Program-made: the position numbers and the translations under genes
Notes under the pieces: model-generated
What the model saw: the letters and a program-made list of their open reading frames with translations, nothing else
What the model was told of the DNA's origin: nothing
Databases searched by the model: none
Assembly (NCBI RefSeq): GCF_009914755.1
Contig: NC_060942.1
Strand: one strand, 5' to 3'
From: the human T2T-CHM13v2.0 reference genome, Homo sapiens
DNA length: 64,000 bases
Shown: positions 51,501-62,890 of the stretch, in pieces
Layout: each line of letters begins with the position of its first letter
How positions within the stretch are numbered: position 1 is the stretch's first letter

Positions 51501-54500
51501 TATAAAAAGCACACAGCAGCGTTCTGAGAAACTGCTTTTTGATGTTTGCATTCAAGTCAAAAGTTGAACACTCCCTTTCATAGAGCAGTCCTGAAACACT
51601 CCTTTTGTAGTATCTGGAACTGGACTTTTGGAGCGCTTTCAGGGCTAAGGTGAAAAAGGAAATATCTTCCCATAAAAACTGGACAAAAGCATTCTCAGAA
51701 ACATGTTTATGCTGTATCTACTCAACTAACAAAGTTGAACCTTTCTTTTGATAGAGCAGTTTTGAAATGCTCTTTTTGTGGAATCTGCAAGTGGATATTT
51801 GGCTAGTTTTGAGGATTTCGTTGGAAGCTGGAATTCATACAAATTGCAGACTGCAGCGTTCTGAGAAACATCTTTGTGATGTTTGTATTCAGGACAGAGA
51901 GTTGAACATTCCCTATCATAGAGCAGGTTGGAATCACTCCTTTTGTAGTATCTGGAAGTGGACATTTGGAGCGCTTTCAGGCCTATGTTGAAAAAGGAAA
52001 TATCTTCCCATAACAACTAGACACAAGCATTCTCGGAAACTTGTTTGTGATGTGTGCCCTCTACTGACAGATTTGAACCTTTCTTTTCATAGAGCAGTTT
52101 TGAAACACTCTTTTTGTAGAATCTGCAAGAGGATATTTGCATAGCTTTGAGGATTTCGTGGGAAACGGGATTGTCTTCAGGTAAAATCTGGACAGAAGCA
52201 TTCTCAGAAACTTCTTTGGGATGTTTGCATTCAAGTCACAGAGTAGAACATTCCCTTTGGTAGAGCAGGTTTGAAACACTCTTTTTGTAGTATCTGGAAG
52301 TGGACATTTGGAGCGCTTTCAGGCCTATGTTGGAAAGGGAAATATCTTCCCGTAACAACTAGGCAGAAGCATTCTCAGAAACTTATTTGAGATGTGTGTA
52401 CTCAACTAAGAGAATTGAACCACCGTTTTGAAGGAGCAGTTTTGAAACACTCTTTTTCTGGAATCTGCAAGAGGATATTTGCCTAGCCTTGAGGATTTCG
52501 TTGGAAACGGGATTTTCTTCAGATAAAATCTAGACAGAAGCATTCTCAGAAACTTCTTTGGGATGTTTGCATTCAAGTCACAGAGTAGAACATTCCCTTT
52601 GGTAGAGCAGGTTTGAAACACTCTTTTTTTAGTATATGGAAGTGGACATTTGGAGCGCTTTCAGGCCTACGTTGGAAAAGGAAATATCTTCCCATAACAA
52701 CTAGACAGAAGCATTCTCAGAAACTAGTTCCTGATGTGTGTCCTCAACTAACACAGTTGAACATTTCTTTATACAGAAGAGTTTTGAAACACTCTTTTTG
52801 TGGAATCTACAAGTGGATATTTGGCTAGATTTGAGGATTTCGTTGGAAACGGGATTACATATAAAAAGCAGACAGCAGCATTCTCAGAAAGTTCTTTGTG
52901 ATGATTGCATTCAAATCACAGAATTGAACATTCCCTTTCACAGAGGAGGTTTGAAACACTCTTTTTGTAGTGTGTGTAAGTGGACATTTGGAGCGCTTTC
53001 CGGCCTAAGGTGAAAAAGGAAATATCTTCCCATAAAAACTAGACAGAAGCATTCTCAGAAACTTACTCGTGATGTGTGTCCTCAACTAAAGGAGTAGAAC
53101 CTTTCTATTCATAGAGAAGTTTTGAAACGCTCTTTTTGTGGAATCTCCAAGTGGATATTTGGCTAGTTTTGAGGATTTCGTTGGAAGCGGGAATTCATAC
53201 AAATTGCAGACTGCAGCGTTCTGAGAAACATCTTTGTGATGTTTGTATTCAGGACACAGAGATGAACATTCCCTATCATAGAGCAGGTTGGAATCACTCC
53301 TTTTGTAGTATCTGGGACATTTGGAGCGCTTTCAGGCCTATGTTGAAAAAGGAAATATCTTCCCATAACAACTAGACACAAGCATTCTCAGAAACTTGTT
53401 TGTGATGTGTGCCCTCTACTGACAGAGTTGAACCTTTCTTTTCATAGAGCAGTTTTGAAACACTCTTTTTGTAGAATCTGCAAGAGGATATTTGCATAGC
53501 TTTGAGGATTTCGTGGGAAACGGGATTGTCTTCAGGTAAAATCTAGACAGAAGCATTCTCAGAAACTTCTTTGGGATGTTTGCATTCAAGTCACAGAGTA
53601 GAACATTCCCTTTGGTAGAGCAGGTTTGAAACACTCTTTTTGTAGTATCTGGAAGTGGACATTTGGAGCGCTTTCAGGCCTATGTTGGAAAGGGAAATAT
53701 CTTCCCGTAACAACTAGGCAGAAGCATTCTCAGAAACTTATTTGAGATGTGTGTACTCAACTAAGAGAATTGAACCACCGTTTTGAAGGAGCAGTTTTGA
53801 AACACTCTTTTTCTGGAATCTGCAAGAGGATATTTGCCTAGCCTTGAGGATTTCGTTGGAAACGGGATTGTCTTCAGATCAAATCTAGACAGAAGCATTC
53901 TCAGAAACTTCTTTGGGATGTTTGCATTCAAGTCACAGAGTAGAACATTCCCTTTGGTAGAGCAGGTTTGAAACACTCTTTTTTTAGTATATGGAAGTGG
54001 ACATTTGGAGCGCTTTCAGGCCTACGTTGGAAAAGGAAATATCTTCCCATAACAACTAGACAGAAGCATTCTCAGAAACTAGTTTCTGATGTGTGTCCTC
54101 AACTAACACAGTTGAACATTTCTTTAGACAGAACAGTTTTGAAACACTCTTTTTGTGGAATCTGCAAGTGGCTATTTGGCTAGATTTGAGGATTTCGTTG
54201 GAAACGGGATTACATATAAAAAGCAGACAGCAGCATTCTCAGAAAGTTCTTTGTGATGATTGCATTCAAGTCACAGAATTGAACTTTCCCTTTCACAGAG
54301 CAGGTTTGAAACACTCTTTTTGTAGTGTGTGTAAGTGGACATTTGGAGCACTTTCCGGCCTAAGGTGAAAAAGGAAATATCTTCCCATAAAAACTAGACA
54401 GAAGCATTCTCAGAAACTTACTCGTGATGTGTGTCCTCAACTAAAGGAGTAGAAACTTTCTTTTCATAGAGAAGTTTTGAAACGCTCTTTTTGTGGAATC

Positions 54501-55419
54501 TGCAAGTGGATATTTGGCTAGTTTGGAGGATTTCGTTGGAAGCGGGAATTCATACAAATTGCAGACTGCAGCGTTCTGAGAAACATCTTTGTGATGTTTG
54601 TATTCAGGACACAGAGTTGAACATTCCCTATCATAGAGCAGGTTTGAATCACTCCTTTTGTAGTATCTGGAAGTGGACATTTGGAGCGCTTTCAGGCATA
54701 TGTTGGAAAAGGAAATATCTTCCCATAACAACTAGACAGAAGCATTCTCAGAAACTTATTTGAGATGTGTGTACTCAACTAAGAGAATTGAACCACCGTT
54801 TTGAAGGAGCAGTTTTGAAACACTCTTTTTCTGGAATCTGCAAGTGGATATTTGGCTAGCTTTGGGGATTTCGCTGGAAGCGGGAATACATATAAAAAGC
54901 ACACAGCAGCGTTCTGAGAAACTGCTTTCTGATGTTTGCATTCAAGTCAAAAGTTGAACACTCCCTTTCATAGAGCAGTCCTGAAACACTCCTTTTGTAG
55001 TATCTGGAACTGGACATTTGGAGCGCTTTCAGGGCTAAGGTGAAAAAGGAAATATCTTCCCATAAAAACTGGACAGAAGCATTCTCAGAAACTTGTTTAT
55101 GCTGTATCTACTCAAGTAACAAAGTTGAACCTTTCTTTTGATAGAGCAGTTTTGAAATGCTTTTTTTGTGGAATCTGCAAGTGGATATTTGGCTAGTTTT
55201 GAGGATTTCGTTGGAAGCGGGAATTCATACAAATTGCAGACTGCAGCGTTCTGATAAACATCTTTGTGATGTTTGTATTCAGGACAGAGAGTTGAACATT
55301 CCCTATCATAGAGCAGGTTGGAATCACTCCTTTTGTAGTATCTGGAAGTGGACATTTGGAGCGCTTTCAGGCCTATGTTGAAAAAGGAAATATCTTCCCA
55401 TAACAACTAGACACAAGCA

Positions 55420-58400
55420 TTCTCAGAAACTTGTTTGTGATGTGTGCCCTCTACTGACAGAGTTGAACCTTTCTTTTCATAGAGCAGTTTTGAAACACTC
55501 TTTTTGTAGAATCCGCAAGAGGATATTTGCATAGCTTTGAGGATTTCGTGGGAAACGGGATTGTCTTCAGGTAAAATCTAGACAGAAGCATTCTCAGAAA
55601 CTTCTTTGGGATGTTTGCATTCAAGTCACAGAGCAGAACATTCCCTTTGGTAGAGCAGGTTTGAAACACTCTTTTTGTAGTATCTGGAAGTGGACATTTG
55701 GAGCGCTTTCAGGCGTATGTTGGAAAGGGAAATATCTTCACGTAACAACTAGGCAGAAGCATTCTCAGAAAGTTATTTGAGATGTGTGTACTCAACTAAG
55801 AGAATTGAACCACCGTTTTCAAGGAGCAGTTTTGAAACACTCTTTCTCTGGAATCTGCAAGAGGATATTTGCCTAGCCTTGAGGATTTCGTTGGAAACGG
55901 GATTGTCTTCAGATCAAATCTAGACAGAAGCATTCTCAAAAACTTCTTTGGGATGTTTGCATTCAAGTCACAGAGTAGAACATTCCCTTTGGTAGAGCAG
56001 GTTTGAAACACTCTTTTTTTAGTATATGGAAGTGGACATTTGGAGTGCTTTCAGGCCTACGTTGGAAAAGGAAATATCTTCCCATAACAACTAGACAGAA
56101 GCATTCTCAGAAACTAGTTTCTGATGTGTGTCCTCAACTAACACAGTTGAACATTTCTTTAGACAGAACAGTTTTGAAACACTCTTTTTGTGGAATCTAC
56201 AAGTGGCTATTTGGCTAGATTTGAGGATTTCGTTGGAAACGGGATTACATATAAAAAGCAGACAGCAGCATTCTCAGAAAGTTCTTTGTGATGATTGCAT
56301 TCAAGTCACAGAATTGAACATTCCCTTTCACAGAGCAGGTTTGAAACACTCTTTTTGTAGTGTGCGTAAGTGGACATTTGGAGCACTTTCCGGCCTAAGG
56401 TGAAAAAGTTAATATCTTCCCATAAAAACTAGACAGAAGCATTCTCAGAAACTTACTCGTGATGTGTGTCCTCAACTAAAGGAGCAGAACCTTTCTTTTC
56501 ATAGAGAAGTTTTGAAACGCTCTTTTTGTGGAATCTGCAAGTGGATATTTGGCTAGTTTTGAGGATTTCGTTGGAAGCGGGAATTCATACAAATTGCAGA
56601 CTGCAGCGTTCTGAGAAACATCTTTGTGATGTTTGTATTCAGGACATAGAGTTGAACATTCCCTATCATAGAGCAGGTTGGAATCACTATTTTTGTAGTA
56701 TCTGGAAGTGGACATTTGGAGCGATTTCAGGCCTATGTTGAAAAAGGAAATATCTTCCCATAACAACTAGACACAAGCATTCTCAGAAACTTGTTTCTGA
56801 TGTGTGCCCTCTACTGACAGAGTTGAACCTTTCTTTTCATAGAGCAGTTTTGAAACACTCTTTTTGTAGAATCTGCAAGAGGATATTTGCATAGCTTTGA
56901 GGATTTCGTGGGAAACGGGATTGTCTTCAGGTAAAATCTAGACAGAAGCATTCTCAGAAACTTCTTTGGGATGTTTGCATTCAAGTCACAGAGCAGAACA
57001 TTCCCTTTGGTAGAGCAGGTTTGAAACACTCTTTTTGTAGTATCTGGAAGTGGACATTTGGAGCGCTTTCAGGCCTATGTTGGAAAAGGAAATATCTTCC
57101 CATAACAACTAGACAGAAGCATTCTCAGAAACTTATTTGAGATGTGTGTACTCAACTAAGAGAATTGAACCACCGTTTTGAAGGAGCAGTTTTGAAACAC
57201 TCTTTTTCTGGAATCTGCAAGTGGATATTTGGCTAGCTTTGGGGATTTCGCTGGAAGCGGGAATACATATGAAAAGCACACAGCAGCGTTCTGAGAAACT
57301 GCTTTCTGATGTTTGCATTCAAGTCAAAAGTTGAACACTCCCTTTCATAGAGCAGTCCTGAAACACTCCTTTTGTAGTATCTGGAACTGGACTTTTGGAG
57401 CGCTTTCAGGGCTAAGGTGAAAAAGGAAATATCTTCCCATAAAAACTGGACAGAAGCATTCTCAGAAACTTGTTTATGCTGTATCTACTCAACTAACAAA
57501 GTTGAACCTTTCTTTTGATAGAGCAGTTTTGAAATGCTCTTTTTGTGGAATCTGCAAGTGGATATTTGGCTAGTTTTGAGGATTTCGTTGGAAGCGGGAA
57601 TTCATACAAATTGCAGACTGCAGCATTCTGAGAAACATCTTTGTGATGTTTGTATTCAGGACAGAGAGTTGAACATTCCCTATCACAGAGCAGGTTGGAA
57701 TCACTCCTTTTGTAGTATCTGGAAGTGGACATTTGGAGCGCTTTCAGGCCTATGTTGAAAAAGGAAATATCTTCCCATAACAACTAGACACAAGCATTCT
57801 CAGAAACTTGTTTGTGATGTGTGCCCTCTACTGACAGAGTTGAACCTTTCTTTTCATAGAGCAGTTTTGAAACACTCTTTTTGTAGAATCCGCAAGAGGA
57901 TATTTGCATAGCTTTGAGGATTTCGTGGGAAACGGGATTGTCTTCAGGTAAAATCTAGACAGAAGCATTCTCAGAAACTTCTTTGGGATGTTTGCATTCA
58001 AGTCACAGAGCAGAACATTCCCTTTGGTAGAGCAGGTTTGAAACACTCTTTTTGTAGTATCTGGAAGTGGACATTTGGAGCGCTTTCAGGCCTATGTTGG
58101 AAAGGGAAATATCTTCACGTAACAACTAGGCAGAAGCATTCTCAGAAAGTTATTTGAGATGTGTGTACTCAACTAAGAGAATTGAACCACCGTTTTCAAG
58201 GAGCAGTTTTGAAACACTCTTTCTCTGGAATCTGCAAGAGGATATTTGCCTAGCCTTGAGGATTTCGTTGGAAACGGGATTGTCTTCAGATCAAATCTAG
58301 ACAGAAGCATTCTCAAAAACTTCTTTGGGATGTTTGCATTCAAGTCACAGAGTAGAACATTCCCTTTGGTAGAGCAGGTTTGAAACACTCTTTTTTTAGT

Positions 58401-60173
58401 ATATGGAAGTGGACATTTGGAGTGCTTTCAGGCCTACGTTGGAAAAGGAAATATCTTCCCATAACAACTAGACAGAAGCATTCTCAGAAACTAGTTTCTG
58501 ATGTGTGTCCTCAACTAACACAGTTGAACATTTCTTTAGACAGAACAGTTTTGAAACACTCTTTTTGTGGAATCTACAAGTGGCTATTTGGCTAGATTTG
58601 AGGATTTCGTTGGAAACGGGATTACATATAAAAAGCAGACAGCAGCATTCTCAGAAAGTTCTTTGTGATGATTGCATTCAAGTCACAGAATTGAACATTC
58701 CCTTTCACAGAGCAGGTTTGAAACACTCTTTTTGTAGTGTGTGTAAGTGGACATTTGGAGCACTTTCCGGCCTAAGGTGAAAAAGTTAATATCTTCCCAT
58801 AAAAACTAGACAGAAGCATTCTCAGAAACTTACTCGTGATGTGTGTCCTCAACTAAAGGAGCAGAACCTTTCTTTTCATAGAGAAGTTTTGAAACGCTCT
58901 TTTTGTGGAATCTGCAAGTGGATATTTGGCTAGTTTTGAGGATTTCGTTGGAAGCGGGAATTCATACAAATTGCAGACTGCAGCGTTCTGAGAAACATCT
59001 TTGTGATGTTTGTATTCAGGACAGAGAGTTGAACATTCCCTATCATAGAGCAGGTTGGAATCACTCCTTTTGTAGTATCTGGAAGTGGACATTTGGAGCG
59101 CTTTCAGGCCTATGTTGAAAAAGGAAATATCTTCCCATAACAACTAGACACAAGCATTCTCAGAAACTTGTTTGTGATGTGTGCCCTCTACTGACAGAGT
59201 TGAACATTTCTTTTCATAGAGCAGTTTTGAAACACTCTTTTTGTAGAATCTGCAAGAGGATATTTGCATAGCTTTGAGGATTTCGTGGGAAACGGGATTG
59301 TCTTCAGGTAAAATCTAGACAGAAGCATTCTCAGAAACTTCTTTGGGATGTTTGCATTCAAGTCACAGAGCAGAACATTCCCTTTGGTAGAGCAGGTTTG
59401 AAACACTCTTTTTGTAGTATCTGGAAGTGGACATTTGGAGCGCTTTCAGGCCTATGTTGGAAAAGGAAATATCTTCCCATAACAACTAGACAGAAGCATT
59501 CTCAGAAACTTATTTGAGATGTGTGTACTCAACTAAGAGAATTGAACCACCGTTTTGAAGGAGCAGTTTTGAAACACTCTTTTTCTGGAATCTGCAAGTG
59601 GATATTTGGCTAGCTTTGGGGATTTCGCTGGAAGCGGGAATACATATAAAAAGCACACAGCAGCGTTCTGAGAAACTGCTTTCTGATGTTTGCATTCAAG
59701 TCAAAAGTTGAACACTCCCTTTCATAGAGCAGTCCTGAAACACTCCTTTTGTAGTATCTGGAACTGGACTTTTGGAGCGCTTTCAGGGCTAAGGTGAAAA
59801 AGGAAATATCTTCCCATAAAAACTGGACAGAAGCATTCTCAGAAACTTGTTTATGCTGTATCTACTCAACTAACAAAGTTGAACCTTTCTTTTGATAGAG
59901 CAGTTTTGAAATGCTCTTTTTGTGGAATCTGCAAGTGGATATTTGGCTAGTTTTGAGGATTTCGTTGGAAGCGGGAATTCATACAAATTGCAGACTGCAG
60001 CGTTCTGAGAAACATCTTTGTGATGTTTGTATTCAGGACAGAGAGTTGAACATTCCCTATCACAGAGCAGGTTGGAATCACTCCTTTTGTAGTATCTGGA
60101 AGTGGACATTTGGAGCGCTTTCAGGCCTATGTTGAAAAAGGAAATATCTTCCCATAACAACTAGACACAAGCA
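55420..60173 (+). repeat. Tandem pair of 14-mer variants (B-C-D-E-F-A/C-D/A, 2377 bp)
   Basis: B at 54756, 57133 and 59510. Private SNVs recur at 2377-bp spacing (atccgcaag, ttcacgtaac, ttttcaagg, ggagtgctt, aaagttaatatc, tatcacagag). Ends are approximate. Confidence 0.88.
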
Positions 60174-62548
60174 TTCTCAGAAACTTGTTTGTGATGTGTG
60201 CCCTCTACTGACAGAGTTGAACCTTTCTTTTCATAGAGCAGTTTTGAAACACTCTTTTTGTAGAATCTGCAAGAGGATATTTGCATAGCTTTGAGGATTT
60301 CGTGGGAAACGGGATTGTCTTCAGGTAAAATCTAGACAGAAGCATTCTCAGAAACTTCTTTGGGATGTTTGCATTCAAGTCACAGAGTAGAACATTCCCT
60401 TTGGTAGAGCAGGTTTGAAACACTCTTTTTGTAGTATCTGGAAGTGGACATTTGGAGCGCTTTCAGGCCTATGTTGGAAAGGGAAATATCTTCCCGTAAC
60501 AACTAGGCAGAAGCATTCTCAGAAACTTATTTGAGATGTGTGTACTCAACTAAGAGAATTGAACCACCGTTTTGAAGGAGCAGTTTTGAAACACTCTTTT
60601 TCTGGAATCTGCAAGAGGATATTTGCCTAGCCTTGAGGATTTCGTTGGAAACGGGATTGTCTTCAGATCAAATCTAGACAGAAGCATTCTCAGAAACTTC
60701 TTTGGGATGTTTGCATTCAAGTCACAGAGTAGAACATTCCCTTTGGTAGAGCAGGTTTGAAACACTCTTTTTTTAGTATATGGAAGTGGACATTTGGAGC
60801 GCTTTCAGGCCTACGTTGGAAAAGGAAATATCTTCCCATAACAACTAGACAGAAGCATTCTCAGAAACTAGTTTCTGATGTGTGTCCTCAACTAACACAG
60901 TTGAACATTTCTTTAGACAGAACAGTTTTGAAACTCTCTTTTTGTGGAATCTGCAAGTGGCTATTTGGCTGGATTTGAGGATTTCGTTGGAAACGGGATT
61001 ACATATAAAAAGCAGACAGCAGCATTCTCAGAAAGTTCTTTGTGATGATTGCATTCAAGTCACAGAATTGAACATTCCCTTTCAGAGAGCAGGTTTGAAA
61101 CACTCTTTTTGTAGTGTGTGTAAGTGGACATTTGGAGCACTTTCCGGCCTAAGGTGAAAAAGGAAATATCTTCCCATAAAAACTAGACAGAAGCATTCTC
61201 AGAAACTTACTCGTGATGTGTGTCCTCAACTAAAGGAGTAGAACCTTTGTTTTCATAGAGAAGTTTTGAAACGCTCTTTTTGTGGAATCTGCAAGTGGAT
61301 ATTTGGCTAGTTTTGAGGATTTCGTTGGAAGCGGGAATTCATACAAATTGCAGACTGCAGCGTTCTGAGAAACATCTTTGTGATGTTTGTATTCAGGACA
61401 CAGAGTTGAACATTCCCTATCATAGAGCAGGTTGGAATCACTCCTTTTGTAGTATCCGGAAGTGGACATTTGGAGCGCTTTCAGGCCTATGTTGGAAAAG
61501 GAAATATCTTCCCATAACAACTAGACAGAAGCATTCTCAGAAACTTATTTGAGATGTGTGTACTCAACTAAGAGAATTGAACCACCGTTTTGAAGGAGCA
61601 GTTTTGAAACACTCTTTTTCTGGAATCTGCAAGTGGATATTTGGCTAGCTTTGGGGATTTCGCTGGAAGCGGGAATACATATAAAAAGCACACAGCAGCG
61701 TTCTGAGAAACTGCTTTCTGATGTTTGCATTCAAGTCAAAAGTTGAACACTCCCTTTCATAGAGCAGTCCTGAAACACTCCTTTTGTAGTATCTGGAACT
61801 GGACTTTTGGAGCGCTTTCAGGGCTAAGGTGAAAAAGGAAATATCTTCCCATAAAAACTGGACAGAAGCATTCTCAGAAACTTGTTTATGCTGTATCTAC
61901 TCAACTAACAAAGTTGAACCTTTCTTTTGATAGAGCAGTTTTGAAATGCTCTTTTTGTGGAATCTGCAAGTGGATATTTGGCTAGTTTTGAGGATTTCGC
62001 TGGAAGCGGGAATTCATACAAATTGCAGACTGCAGCGTTCTGAGAAACATCTTTGTGATGTTTGTATTCAGGACAGAGAGTTGAACATTCCCTATCATAG
62101 AGCAGGTTGGAATCACTCCTTTTGTAGTATCTGGAAGTGGACATTTGGAGCGCTTTCAGGCCTATGTTGAAAAAGGAAATATCTTCCCATAACAACTAGA
62201 CACAAGCATTCTCAGAAACTTGTTTGTGATGTGTGCCCTCTAGTGACAGAGTTGAACCTTTCTTTTCATAGAGCAGTTTTGAAACACTCTTTTTGTAGAA
62301 TCTGCAAGAGGATATTTGCATAGCTTTGAGGATTTCGTGGGAAACGGGATTGTCTTCAGGTAAAATCTAGACAGAAGCATTCTCAGAAACTTCTTTGGGA
62401 TGTTTGCATTCAAGTCACAGAGTAGAACATTCCCTTTGGTAGAGCAGGTTTGAAACACTCTTTTTGTAGTATCTGGAAGTGGACATTTGGAGCGCTTTCA
62501 GGCCTATGTTGGAAAGGGAAATATCTTCCCGTAACAACTAGGCAGAAG

Positions 62549-62890
62549 CATTCTCAGAAACTTATTTGAGATGTGTGTACTCAACTAAGAGAATTGAACC
62601 ACCGTTTTGAAGGAGCAGTTTTGAAACACTCTTTTTCTGGAATCTGCAAGAGGATATTTGCCTAGCCTTGAGGATTTCGTTGGAAACGGGATTGTCTTCA
62701 GATCAAATCTAGACAGAAGCATTCTCAGAAACTTCTTTGGGATGTTTGCATTCAAGTCACAGAGTAGAACATTCCCTTTGGTAGAGCAGGTTTGAAACAC
62801 TCTTTTTGTAGTATCTGGAAGTGGACATTTGGAGCGCTTTCAGGCCTATGTTGGAAAGGGAAATATCTTCCCGTAACAACTAGGCAGAAG
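62549..62890 (+). repeat. Extra E1+E2/D2 dimer (342-bp local duplication) giving a different 14-mer
   Basis: E1 is followed by a D2-type tail (ttttgtagtatctgg...ttggaaaggg...ggcagaag), then another E1 at 62891. The ORF track shows the E ORF twice, at 62585 and 62927. Confidence 0.88.
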
